A DNA stretch of 64,000 nucleotides from IMG/VR virus record IMGVR_UViG_3300037427_004270, one strand, 5' to 3'. Below are positions 55,489 to 64,000 of the stretch, piece after piece. The number at the start of each line of letters is the position of its first letter. Position 1 is the first letter of the stretch. The notes under the pieces are model-generated. The model ran no database searches. It saw only the letters and a list, made by a program, of their open reading frames with translations, and was not told the origin of the DNA. Source of the stretch: a virus. Position numbers and translations under genes: made by a program.

Positions 55489-55496
55489 TAAATAGT
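55489..55496 (-). promoter_or_regulatory. Putative late-promoter motif ACTATTTA
   Basis: Recurrent intergenic motif. Confidence 0.55.
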
Positions 55497-55504
55497 CGCA
55501 TATT

Positions 55505-55542
55505 AAAAAATAAAAGCCATGCTTTATCATCGCATGGCTTTT
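55505..55542 (-). terminator. Intrinsic terminator overlapping the stop of the chaperone extension
   Basis: AAAAGCCATGC-GATGATAAA-GCATGGCTTTT then ATTTTTT. Confidence 0.7.
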
Positions 55543-55713
55543 TTCTTTTCTTCGTTCTCCATCTTTATTTGTTTCACCAGTCTGTCCAAAAACCATCTTC
55601 GCAATTGTACCGGCAAATTATATGCCTCGGAGAAGCTCCAATTTCCATAATATTTCAAGTGAAATATTTCTTCGTATACAGTTTCAGCATACTCAGAGTT
55701 CAGGCCAAAAAAA
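55527..55713 (-). CDS. Tail-assembly chaperone frameshift extension (gpT / gp51-like)
   Basis: FFGLNSEYAETVYEEIFHLKYYGNWSFSEAYNLPVQLRRWFLDRL...; no ATG near its conserved-looking start; in +1 frame at a T7 run. Confidence 0.65.
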
Positions 55714-56553
55714 GTTGGCGGTAACAGGCACCTCCAGGGCCTGCTCATGACCGCACGAAGAGCATTGAAACTCTTGTGACATGTCAATATTTGGTGCTAG
55801 TAGTGGATAGATTTTCCTTAACAGACGAGAATCTCTGGCTGGCATCATCTCAACAAAAGATTCTACATCTTGTCTGGATGTCGAACCATTAACAGAGACA
55901 ATGATCGTCTTCAAGAGATCTGTCAAGTTTGTATCTGGAAGTTTGTGTTTCTTTTTGTTTGCTTTGTTCTGCTCTATAAGCTTTTCATCTTTACCGGTGA
56001 GCAGTCTGACTTTCACTGTTGCTTCTGAACGTGCCAGCTTTATAGAGTACGTTCCATCATTATTATATGATACCCCCTCTAAGCCGCTCAGAGCCTCTCC
56101 CTTCAACAAAGGCTTTGGGCCGCATGTTGACAGGTCGAAAGTGTGCTCCTGCATTTTAAGGCAAGCTGGGCACGTCACAGAGGTATCATAGTCCTCACCG
56201 TAACCAGTTATTCTTGCTGCAACGAATAGAGCGTTCTTATCGCCAACCAAAAGGTCGTTTACATTTACTGTTTTATCTAAGATAATATTCTGAAGCATTC
56301 TATCAAGGGCGATGCCTTTTCTAAGAAGACTTTCTGATGTTAATATATCTTCTTCCTTTGCTGTCATGTATTTTATTTCTACTGTTTCTTTTCCGCGCAA
56401 AGGATGTCCCTCTGGGTAGAACTCACCTCTTGATGGCAGGTCTACTATTTCAGTGGGAACGGAAAAGCTTAATTTGTCTTGTGTCTCAACAAGCGAAGGG
56501 GCATCCGCAGCATCGCTGGGAGCCCCCACTCTGTCTTCATTATTTCTCGCCAT
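55693..56553 (-). CDS. Tail assembly chaperone / baseplate hub assembly protein (T4 gp26-like)
   Basis: VDLPSRGEFYP, YMTAKEEDILT, LLVGDKNAL..ARITGYG, CPAC and CSSC Zn pairs, ends FFWPEL. Confidence 0.8.
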   Translation of the reverse strand: MARNNEDRVGAPSDAADAPSLVETQDKLSFSVPTEIVDLPSRGEFYPEGHPLRGKETVEIKYMTAKEEDILTSESLLRKGIALDRMLQNIILDKTVNVNDLLVGDKNALFVAARITGYGEDYDTSVTCPACLKMQEHTFDLSTCGPKPLLKGEALSGLEGVSYNNDGTYSIKLARSEATVKVRLLTGKDEKLIEQNKANKKKHKLPDTNLTDLLKTIIVSVNGSTSRQDVESFVEMMPARDSRLLRKIYPLLAPNIDMSQEFQCSSCGHEQALEVPVTANFFWPEL

Positions 56554-56572
56554 TTAAACCTCTTAATAAATA

Positions 56573-57178
56573 TTAAGGCTTGAAGAATGCGTTTACACCG
56601 TCATAGTTGGTAACGCTATTTGCGTCGCCTCTGTTTGATGGCGTGTTTTCGCTTACAGCCGCATCACCTGCTGCTGCAGTCTTCAAGGTTGCATAATCAT
56701 ATCTTAACGTAAGTTCGAGATTTGTTAAGTCATCAGACTCATAATCTAGCGTTCCCCAGTTAATATCTTTAATGAATGCATTTCTCAAAGTCCATTCTTC
56801 TGTTGGCTGACCGTCAGCATCGATTTGAGTAATCTTTATTTCGCCCATAGCAGCAACTGACTTTTCCTTCGAAACACTTGTGGTGTCTCCTTGAGTTGGA
56901 ACGTCGTAACCGTGGTTGCGAAGCATATTAGCCAAAAGGCCTGCTGCGTTTGGAGAAACTGGGTCAACTAACGTAACTGAGAGCGGTTCCCATGTAACTC
57001 TTCCTGGGTAATAGAACGTATGGTTGAGGTATTGGTGTTGTGCCTCTCCCACTGTTGCTCTTGGCTTATCTGTTTTCTTGATAAGCCATTCGGTGTTTTT
57101 TCCGTCCATGCCACCGATAGACATGAGAAACCTATAATTTCTCTTAGGTGCGTTATCTTTACTTGCCCAAAATGTCAT
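56573..57178 (-). CDS. Tail tube protein (T4 gp19-like)
   Basis: PKRNYRF, YYPGRVTWEPLSVTLVDP, EEWTLRNAFIKDINWGTLDY, LELTLRYDYA. Confidence 0.9.
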   Translation of the reverse strand: MTFWASKDNAPKRNYRFLMSIGGMDGKNTEWLIKKTDKPRATVGEAQHQYLNHTFYYPGRVTWEPLSVTLVDPVSPNAAGLLANMLRNHGYDVPTQGDTTSVSKEKSVAAMGEIKITQIDADGQPTEEWTLRNAFIKDINWGTLDYESDDLTNLELTLRYDYATLKTAAAGDAAVSENTPSNRGDANSVTNYDGVNAFFKP

Positions 57179-57210
57179 TTTGTAGTTCTCCTATAAAGTG
57201 TATTTATCTC

Positions 57211-57218
57211 TAACTAGG
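57211..57218 (-). promoter_or_regulatory. Variant late-promoter motif CCTAGTTA
   Basis: TAnTTA core upstream of the tail tube gene. Confidence 0.4.
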
Positions 57219-57230
57219 TCACTTCCTCGA

Positions 57231-60104
57231 TTAATCATCGAAGGAAGCGCCACTTCTTTGAATAACAAAGTCAATAGCAATGAACTCGACGGCTCTAGTA
57301 GGCTTCAACATAACCTTTGCATAAAGGATGTTTCTGTCTACCAAGTCTGGAGTTGTTGTTGTTTCATCCAAGACGACTCGGAAGTCTTCTAGGCCAAAAC
57401 GCTGTTTGATATCGTCCAAGAAAGGTACTGCTTGGTTCGTAAAACGTTCCCAAGTAACTTTCGTGTTTGGATCAAACAGAAGTCTCGCTGCAATGTTGGA
57501 GATGCCCTTCTTAACGTGAATCATCAACCTACGAACATTAATTCTGTCGAGAGCGGATGGGGTCACTTGTAAGGTCTTCTGACCAAACATGACAATCCCT
57601 TCTGCTGGAAACTTTGCAATGGGGTTAACATTTCTTTCGTACAACTTATCTCTGTTGCGCTTTGTCAATGTTTCCCTAACGCCAGTAATGCTAATGCCTG
57701 CAGCGCCTTGATCTAAGCCACCTCTGGTAAAACCAGCAGGAGCAAACCAAGGAGCGTCGTTAGCGTCAACCGAGGAGAAGGTTCCAATAGCTGCGACTGA
57801 TGGGGGTACCCAAATGCCGCCGCCTTCGTTTGTTTGAACCCAAGGATAGAAAGTACAAGCATAGCTTGAGTTAATTCCTCGTGTCTTCAAGGCGCTCAAA
57901 GTAGTTGAAACACTTCCTAAGCGGTTTGCTTCTGTTGCGGAGCTTTCGTGTGCGGCGATATAACCGTTTTCTAAGTCAACAACAGCTAGAGCATCAGCTC
58001 TCTCTTCGCAGACCTGAATGATTCTATCGGTAACAGTAGTATTTGTGATACCAGGAGCTGAAAGAGCATTCATCTCAACAACTTCTGGATCTTGCACTGT
58101 GTCGATAGCGCGGGTCATCGTGTGTTTTGCATAATTTGTTTTTTCTGTTCCCGAACCCAACGTGGTGTTGGAGAATGGGTCTTTTTTCTTAACGTTGACG
58201 CCATCAAAGCCACCTGCCAATGGCAAGGTGAATGAGTCAAAGCCTGCATCAAGAACGTGGTTATAAGCTGCAGAGCCAGTCACGCCAGGGCCTGCCGCCG
58301 TAAGGGACGATCCCGCTTTACGGCTACCTGCTTGATAGAGAGCGTCTGCTTCTACACCCGAAGAACTAGATACATACTTTACATCATCCAAGGAAAACTT
58401 AACAGAGTATTGAGTCTTGTTGGCCACTGGGTTGTGCGTATCATAAGAGGTTGGCAACATCTTCAAGATGTCAAGGTTACTCTTGTCAAAATCATTAGTG
58501 CTCTTCATCGTAGAGTCAAAGCCAAAATATGCTGCCTTTGCATTTCCCGCTGAAAGTCCGTCCGAGGAGCTAACTCTGAGTGCCATAGAAGGAGCAGCAA
58601 GTTGAAGGGATGCCCAGGATACTTTCGCGCCTGCGTTTGTAGCATAGTTGGTTGACAACGTAATGTTAACGCCTGCGGAACCTGTGTTTCCTGTACCAAA
58701 GTGAGAGCCTGTTATGTAGTCTGTTGGCACAACGCCATCAAAAAGTGAGCCTGTGATGCCCAAGTTTGTGATGCGAGAGCCAGATATGTGGGAGTGTCCC
58801 AAAAAGCCGAAAGGAAGAAGCTTCTCATCAGCCGCCGCTTTTTCGACTGCATCTGAAACTTTAACGCGAATATATTGTGAAACGTTTGTGTGATTGCCGT
58901 ATTCCTTGAAGCGGCGTTCGGTAGCATCCCACTCCTTGTATACGTCTCCGATCTTCCTGGAGATAAAATTGTCAGAATTGGGGTCCAAGTTACAGTTAGT
59001 GTAACTTTCTAAGATTGTTGGGTTGCCGTCGTAGTCTTCCATGCTTCTAACCAAGACGCTAAAAGTGCCGTACTTGTTGAACCTGTTCGTTGAAGGTTTA
59101 ATATCCGAAATAGAAATTTTAACTTTTCTTTGGATCTCTTCACCGCCATCTAGGGCATGAAATTTAAATAAGGTGTTCATATTAGCAGGATCGAAGCTGC
59201 CAGTGCTTACTGACATATCCTGTGAGATGATCCATCCTGTCTGAGCAGTTTTATATCCTGTTCTGTGCCCATGCCCATTTTCAATCGTCGTGATGAAGGC
59301 ATAAGAAGACGCAGGGTTTCCGGCTGCTGCGAATGCATCCTCTACTGCTCTATCGAATGTTTGTCCCAACCAATATTTCTTTCTGTCGGCAACTGCAAGA
59401 GCGTCCGAGTCAAGAGAAGTTGGGTTTGTGTTGAAGACGTTTCTAATATATTTTTCGTCTCCAGCTCCCTGAAAATTGAATGAGGCAGTGATAACGCTGT
59501 TGGTGCCGTCTTCGACAACAACCTTGAATTCGTCTCTGTTGGTTGACTTCGCCAAGTGAAGAATGCCTTTGTCTGCTGGGATGGCTGTCCCCAAGGCGTC
59601 AGTGCCTTGAAGTCGAACACTACCTTGGTTGGTATACCAAACTGCAGCCAAAGTTCCCGTCATGTTAAGCGAAGCACTAGGGATAATAAAAAGTCCCATT
59701 GCGCCACCGTGATTAGCCTTAGTAGCGTTTGGTGTGTTGGTGGTATCCCAACCTGCGGCACCCGCTGTGGTTGCCTGTGGGTGCTGAACACCCAAAAGTC
59801 TTACGATGCTCAAGCCAGCAGAGTTTGCCAACCAAGCCTTCGCAGCTAAAGTACTATACATTGGAGAGGTCTTGTTGCCGTTTCTCCATACATCGTCACT
59901 GTTACCGCCAGTGATAACGTCACCGAATAACATTGAATATTCTAATTGAGAGTTGACCTTTACTGGTCGCATGCCAGGGCCTCGGTCTGTTCTTCCGATA
60001 AGAACAGGGCCAACTGGGGCTGCCTCTCTAGGGAGACGAGAGTTATCTATCTCATCTAAAAATACGCCTGGTGATACAAATCTAAACTTTCGAACGTTTG
60101 CCAT
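57231..60104 (-). CDS. Tail sheath protein (T4 gp18-like)
   Basis: FVSPGVFLDEID, PWFAPAGFTRG, LYERNVNPIA, SALDRINVRRL, PTRAVEFIAIDF. Confidence 0.95.
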   Translation of the reverse strand: MANVRKFRFVSPGVFLDEIDNSRLPREAAPVGPVLIGRTDRGPGMRPVKVNSQLEYSMLFGDVITGGNSDDVWRNGNKTSPMYSTLAAKAWLANSAGLSIVRLLGVQHPQATTAGAAGWDTTNTPNATKANHGGAMGLFIIPSASLNMTGTLAAVWYTNQGSVRLQGTDALGTAIPADKGILHLAKSTNRDEFKVVVEDGTNSVITASFNFQGAGDEKYIRNVFNTNPTSLDSDALAVADRKKYWLGQTFDRAVEDAFAAAGNPASSYAFITTIENGHGHRTGYKTAQTGWIISQDMSVSTGSFDPANMNTLFKFHALDGGEEIQRKVKISISDIKPSTNRFNKYGTFSVLVRSMEDYDGNPTILESYTNCNLDPNSDNFISRKIGDVYKEWDATERRFKEYGNHTNVSQYIRVKVSDAVEKAAADEKLLPFGFLGHSHISGSRITNLGITGSLFDGVVPTDYITGSHFGTGNTGSAGVNITLSTNYATNAGAKVSWASLQLAAPSMALRVSSSDGLSAGNAKAAYFGFDSTMKSTNDFDKSNLDILKMLPTSYDTHNPVANKTQYSVKFSLDDVKYVSSSSGVEADALYQAGSRKAGSSLTAAGPGVTGSAAYNHVLDAGFDSFTLPLAGGFDGVNVKKKDPFSNTTLGSGTEKTNYAKHTMTRAIDTVQDPEVVEMNALSAPGITNTTVTDRIIQVCEERADALAVVDLENGYIAAHESSATEANRLGSVSTTLSALKTRGINSSYACTFYPWVQTNEGGGIWVPPSVAAIGTFSSVDANDAPWFAPAGFTRGGLDQGAAGISITGVRETLTKRNRDKLYERNVNPIAKFPAEGIVMFGQKTLQVTPSALDRINVRRLMIHVKKGISNIAARLLFDPNTKVTWERFTNQAVPFLDDIKQRFGLEDFRVVLDETTTTPDLVDRNILYAKVMLKPTRAVEFIAIDFVIQRSGASFDD

Positions 60105-60167
60105 TATAAAGTCTCCTCAAGGAATCTCCTTTATTGTCACAAAAAAATAAAGGGCTTTTACATGTAA

Positions 60168-60175
60168 TAAGTAGT
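60168..60175 (-). promoter_or_regulatory. Putative late-promoter motif ACTACTTA
   Basis: Recurrent intergenic motif, upstream of the sheath gene. Confidence 0.55.
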
Positions 60176-60211
60176 CTAAGATATTCCCAAATGCTCGCTG
60201 CAGCGCAAAAA

Positions 60212-61033
60212 TCAAAGTTTTTTGTCAATATCTTCTTCTAAAATTGCTCTTTCTCTACCAATTTTAATTTCCACAGCGTTTTGATACTTTGCTATTTTTG
60301 GGCGATTATCAGAATCAACTTCTGTGAACGTGTAGCCAATAACTTGGAAATCTATGTTAGTGACATAGACCCTTTCGCCCTCGCCAATGTTTGAAATATT
60401 ATTCTCATATGAAAAGTTCTGATCATAAAACGCTTCATATGCATGGCCGTCATGCTCAACATAAAAGCTGTTTAAATTTCCGGGTCGAACCAAGAAAGGT
60501 TGAGACATTTTATTCATGTGTTGTTGGTATTCTGTCCTAAGAGTTACCTTGTAGTTCACAAGCATATAGACGGGAGCAGGTATTGCGAGAGTCTCGTAGA
60601 CAACCCTGTCATTCTTTCCCCTCATATTAACTTGGTTTGTTTTTGATAGTGCCTTAGCAGAAGCAAACTCACTCGTCTTGTCTTGTTTGATTCTTTTGTG
60701 AATATTGTACGCGCCACCCTGAACCTTGTCGTAAGGCATAATAAGAGACTGAAGTCTGCCTCTTCTTTGAAGATCTTTTTGGATAGATGTCCTCTCAACT
60801 GTTATGAGTGGATAAATGAGTGCTCCCTCGCTATCTCTCAGATCTTTATTGTTCTTTACTTGATATGCCCTCTCTGCAGTTACCCACAGAACTGGAACTT
60901 TCTTAAAGCCCTTGTTTGTGTCTACATGTATATCCATAGATTTATCAACCCACTGATAGAAGGCATAGTCTATTGTTTCTAGAGTCGATGGCTCTATTAA
61001 TGGAATATCTTCAATGTCTTTTTCTTTTGCCAT
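60212..61033 (-). CDS. Tail completion / sheath terminator (T4 gp15-like)
   Basis: TIDYAF, VPVLWVTAERA, YPLITVER, PAPVY..VNYKV; immediately upstream of the sheath gene. Confidence 0.65.
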   Translation of the reverse strand: MAKEKDIEDIPLIEPSTLETIDYAFYQWVDKSMDIHVDTNKGFKKVPVLWVTAERAYQVKNNKDLRDSEGALIYPLITVERTSIQKDLQRRGRLQSLIMPYDKVQGGAYNIHKRIKQDKTSEFASAKALSKTNQVNMRGKNDRVVYETLAIPAPVYMLVNYKVTLRTEYQQHMNKMSQPFLVRPGNLNSFYVEHDGHAYEAFYDQNFSYENNISNIGEGERVYVTNIDFQVIGYTFTEVDSDNRPKIAKYQNAVEIKIGRERAILEEDIDKKL

Positions 61034-61036
61034 ATT

Positions 61037-62470
61037 TTATAACCCGCCAAATACCGATGGGAACCAAACCCCGTTTTCGTTGAAGTAGTGTTTGTTTGCT
61101 CTAACAAACGGGCCAATACTTCCTGAACTGCCCGTATTACTAATATAAATAGCTCTGCCAGAGTAAGAAGCCGAGTTTGCGTTGAAGTTAGTCAATATAG
61201 CGCGGTCTTCTTGGTTGTTTCCGTTTAGGTGCAGAATGTCATGAAGATCCGGCTTGGATACACTGGCAGTATTCGCAACCGATGTATTAAGGCTGCTAAA
61301 GGAGGAAGGAAACCAGACTCCATTTTCGTTGAAATAAAATTTTCTCGGTATCGTAAACGGACCCACTGGACTCGATGCTGTATTAGCAAGGTAAATTATC
61401 TTACTAGAATAAGAGCTCGCGCTGACATTATAAAGAGTCAACAATGCGCGGTGGTTGCCGCCTGCTCCGTCGTCACTAAGAACAAGAATGCCGTTCCCCG
61501 TAGTGATAACTGTACTTGTTCCTCCGCCAGAACCCAGTGCTGACCAAGAGCCGTTCTGATAAAACTGAAAAACATTATCTGTAGTGTTGTATATCATTGT
61601 CCCGTTAGCGTTACTGATACTGTTTCGCTGCGTTGTTGTCATTCTGGGAATAACAACTCCTCCGGTTGTTGAGCTGATATTAAGCGTACTTCCGTCAAAA
61701 GTTAAATTGGCCTCGCCCTGCAGCGTCGATGAATTAACTCCTGTGAGAATTCTATTATCAGCACCATTGTTGAAAGTCAGGCTGCCGCCGCCTGAGCCTG
61801 TTGTTTCCGCCACCATCTTGCCGACATATAGGAAGCCCCTAGCGTGTGTTGGTATACGACTTGCTTGATAGTCCTGAAGGAATACGATACCACTGTAATA
61901 ATCTATTTGCCAGTCTGTTTCATCAAGAGAAGTAATTTCATTCGTGGCGTCAGTTGGATCTCCCTTGTACAGTTTAAGATAATAAGGGTTTGCACCTTCG
62001 TTTGAAAAGCTGGGTGGTATTAGTTGCACCTTTCCCAAAGTCTCATAAACTGTTTTATCATCATCGAAATATCCGTTTCCGGCCTTGGAGTTGCTCGAAA
62101 GAGATTCATAGTTCCCGGTCATCACAAGTTTGTATCCATGTGTACCTGCAGAAGTTGCCTCGTCGCCACCACCGAAGCCGACATTACCAAACGAGCCTGT
62201 GTTCGCATCGTATGATGTTCCGGAAATTGCCTCCACTTTGAAGTTGACATATTCAACAGTTGCGCTTGCCCCTGCTGATGCACTTTGCAAGGCATATAAG
62301 GTGAGAGAAGGGTTCTCCGGTATAGTTTCGCCAAAGATAGTTTGAGAAGAAACTTGAATATTGCTAGGTATAGATTCTTGTGCGTCTGACTTTAGGTTTG
62401 AGGTGTGAGCTCTTCCTAGTAATTTCTTTTGTGAGAACAGAGTTGCAGTTAAATTAGTTTTTCCGGCCAT
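61037..62470 (-). CDS. Tail fibre / virion structural protein
   Basis: DWQIDYYSGIV, DNRILT...GEANLTFDG and PRMTTTQRN..GTMIYNT fibre-type motifs; duplicated C-terminal module. Confidence 0.7.
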   Translation of the reverse strand: MAGKTNLTATLFSQKKLLGRAHTSNLKSDAQESIPSNIQVSSQTIFGETIPENPSLTLYALQSASAGASATVEYVNFKVEAISGTSYDANTGSFGNVGFGGGDEATSAGTHGYKLVMTGNYESLSSNSKAGNGYFDDDKTVYETLGKVQLIPPSFSNEGANPYYLKLYKGDPTDATNEITSLDETDWQIDYYSGIVFLQDYQASRIPTHARGFLYVGKMVAETTGSGGGSLTFNNGADNRILTGVNSSTLQGEANLTFDGSTLNISSTTGGVVIPRMTTTQRNSISNANGTMIYNTTDNVFQFYQNGSWSALGSGGGTSTVITTGNGILVLSDDGAGGNHRALLTLYNVSASSYSSKIIYLANTASSPVGPFTIPRKFYFNENGVWFPSSFSSLNTSVANTASVSKPDLHDILHLNGNNQEDRAILTNFNANSASYSGRAIYISNTGSSGSIGPFVRANKHYFNENGVWFPSVFGGL

Positions 62471-62477
62471 GTCTTAA

Positions 62478-64000
62478 TTATGATCCATATGTAAAAGATA
62501 TTCTAGATAAATAGCCTGTCCAGTCTTTGTGGGCAGTTATTCTTACTAATAAATAGTCTGCATTTCCTCCTGAAGTGCCTTCTAGAGTTGCTGTACGAAA
62601 GTTTATTCCGTATGAAGTGCCGCTACCGTCCACTGTCTGGTCCACATCGGCACCGCCGCCATTGTACCCACCGGAGCCATCTGTGGCAATATTTTCCGAC
62701 AAAGATGCTGGCCTTGCCATGTCTAGCCAGCCTGAATCTCCTGGTATTTTCACTTCCAGGTGAAAGTTCTTGCTTGCACCAAGAGAGCCTGTGTTGAATG
62801 CCCCACCTTTCGATATGAGGTTTGCATCTCCGCGCAAGGTTACAGTTGCCAAAGATACGTCGCCAACCTGGTTTGATCGAAAGTATCTGTAATATTCTCT
62901 TGTTGCAGCTGTTAGTGTTGAATAGTTCGGGTTTCCTGTGGGTGCCTGCAATGCTCCGCCATCATTAGCGCAGCGGAAGTCTCCAGACAAGCCACCAGTG
63001 AGAGGGGACATCAGTTTATCATTATATATTAACATCCCATTTGAATAAGTCGCATTGCCTCCGGCGTCATTAATGCTGACCGTTGAGCTCCATGCGTTAC
63101 CCGCATTAGTCACACTGTTTTGTGTCGCGTAACTACCAGACTGTAGCCTGTAGACCTCGCCATCAAAATGTTCAGTGGAGTTCAAGTCTGAACTTTGGCT
63201 TCCACTGAAAACTAAAAAGCTGTGCTTGCTTAATGTTGAAGTAGTGAGGTTTGACTTTAGGGGGTGCTTAACTCTGGACGAGACAGATGCAGTATGAGCT
63301 GTTGTTGCATGTGCACCGACCAATGAAGCCGACGGGTCGAACGTTATTGTTCCGGTGATCTGAAGTACTTGGTCTTGTGAGTTCGCAGTTGTTGCTAAAG
63401 CTGGCAAGGCTTTTGTTGCACCAGAGGTTGTGCCTGTGGAAGCAAGCCCTGAGCCGAAAGTTCCGATATGTGAAACAGTTGTGTTTGTTGTGGTGGGAAA
63501 CGAAATACCATCAGAAGATCTGTAATATACATTCTTATATACGTTCGAAGCTGCATAGGTAAACGAAGCAGAACAATCAACAAAGTACCTCACTCCAGAC
63601 AAGGAATAGAATACGCTACCCGAAAAGTTTGTTAAATTTGTAGCAGCAGCAGATAAGGCGTTGCTATCAGGGTCATTAACCCACTCTACATAATTTGTAA
63701 TAGTCTGACTAATACCAGATCCAGTATGAACAACCCTTGCATAATTCCAGCCATTTCTCTGGTCTGCTGCTCCAACTTGATATTTTCCTGTTCTGTAGAT
63801 TTTTGTATAATCTGGCAAACTATTGCCCGAATACAACCCTGGCTTATAAATACTCAGACTAACAAAACCTGAGCTGTTTGCATTTAATTCGCTGTCTGTT
63901 CCTGAGCCTGGGTTTCCTGACCCGACACTGGCACTGGCTAGGTCTATCGTATGAACAACCGCACCGTTCACTTCCAGTTTCAAACTTCCGGTTGCAGCAT
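62478..64000 (-). CDS. Virion structural protein (tail/baseplate associated), 5' truncated by the window edge
   Basis: Frame open to 64000 (..DAATGSLKLEVNG..); Ser/Thr/Gly-rich beta-type composition; GWNYARVVH, YYRYF motifs. Confidence 0.7.
   Translation of the reverse strand, partial: AATGSLKLEVNGAVVHTIDLASASVGSGNPGSGTDSELNANSSGFVSLSIYKPGLYSGNSLPDYTKIYRTGKYQVGAADQRNGWNYARVVHTGSGISQTITNYVEWVNDPDSNALSAAATNLTNFSGSVFYSLSGVRYFVDCSASFTYAASNVYKNVYYRSSDGISFPTTTNTTVSHIGTFGSGLASTGTTSGATKALPALATTANSQDQVLQITGTITFDPSASLVGAHATTAHTASVSSRVKHPLKSNLTTSTLSKHSFLVFSGSQSSDLNSTEHFDGEVYRLQSGSYATQNSVTNAGNAWSSTVSINDAGGNATYSNGMLIYNDKLMSPLTGGLSGDFRCANDGGALQAPTGNPNYSTLTAATREYYRYFRSNQVGDVSLATVTLRGDANLISKGGAFNTGSLGASKNFHLEVKIPGDSGWLDMARPASLSENIATDGSGGYNGGGADVDQTVDGSGTSYGINFRTATLEGTSGGNADYLLVRITAHKDWTGYLSRISFTYGS

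Noticed and set aside
55714-55787. Independent TTG start for the gp51-like ORF given in the ORF track
   Set aside because: There is no clear RBS, it overlaps the chaperone gene by 95 nt, and the added N-terminal residues look like shadow sequence; a frameshift explains the layout better
61060-61340. Possible DGR template/variable repeat pair in the tail-fibre gene
   Set aside because: Differences are synonymous and not adenine-specific, both copies are in-frame coding, and no reverse transcriptase is seen

Overview
This window is a 64-kb segment of a large (jumbo/huge) myovirus-type phage genome. Essentially every credible gene is on the minus strand in standard genetic code, and the many plus-strand ORFs look like shadows. 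In transcription order (right to left) the segment holds five blocks. (1) A contractile-tail morphogenesis block: a truncated virion protein, a tail-fibre-like protein, a gp15-like terminator, sheath, tube, a tail-assembly chaperone with an apparent +1 frameshift extension, tape measure and baseplate proteins. (2) A mosaic replication/recombination block: a minimal family-A polymerase, a degenerate tubulin/FtsZ-like protein, gp32-like SSB, RecA, Lon, a Bfd-like protein, tRNA-Ile(UAU), a 5'-3' exonuclease, a DnaB/gp41-like helicase, class II RNR, GroES, and DnaE. (3) A nucleotide/modification cluster: a putative endonuclease plus adenine methyltransferase, dUTPase, a MazG-like protein and an IMPDH/GMPR-family enzyme. 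(4) A sigma-region-4-like protein, an acidic scaffold-like protein, an amidase, tRNA-Gly, GroEL, an SLT muramidase, Cys-rich lipoproteins, a tmRNA-like mini RNA, tRNA-Arg and DUF523. (5) A MoxR-type AAA+/VWA pair followed by a dense run of small accessory ORFs including IscA/HesB. The most notable signals are a 646-aa lipoprotein with myxobacterial-style Cys-rich repeats and a VWA domain, a tRNA-like RNA resembling the tRNA-like domain of tmRNA without its mRNA domain, a U7 slippery site joining the tail chaperone to a start-less downstream ORF, co-occurring DnaE and a stripped PolA with Ile at the 762 position, a dispersed Fe-S toolkit, and a recurrent TAnTTA late-promoter-like motif. All protein calls rest on motif recognition by eye; no database searches were run.
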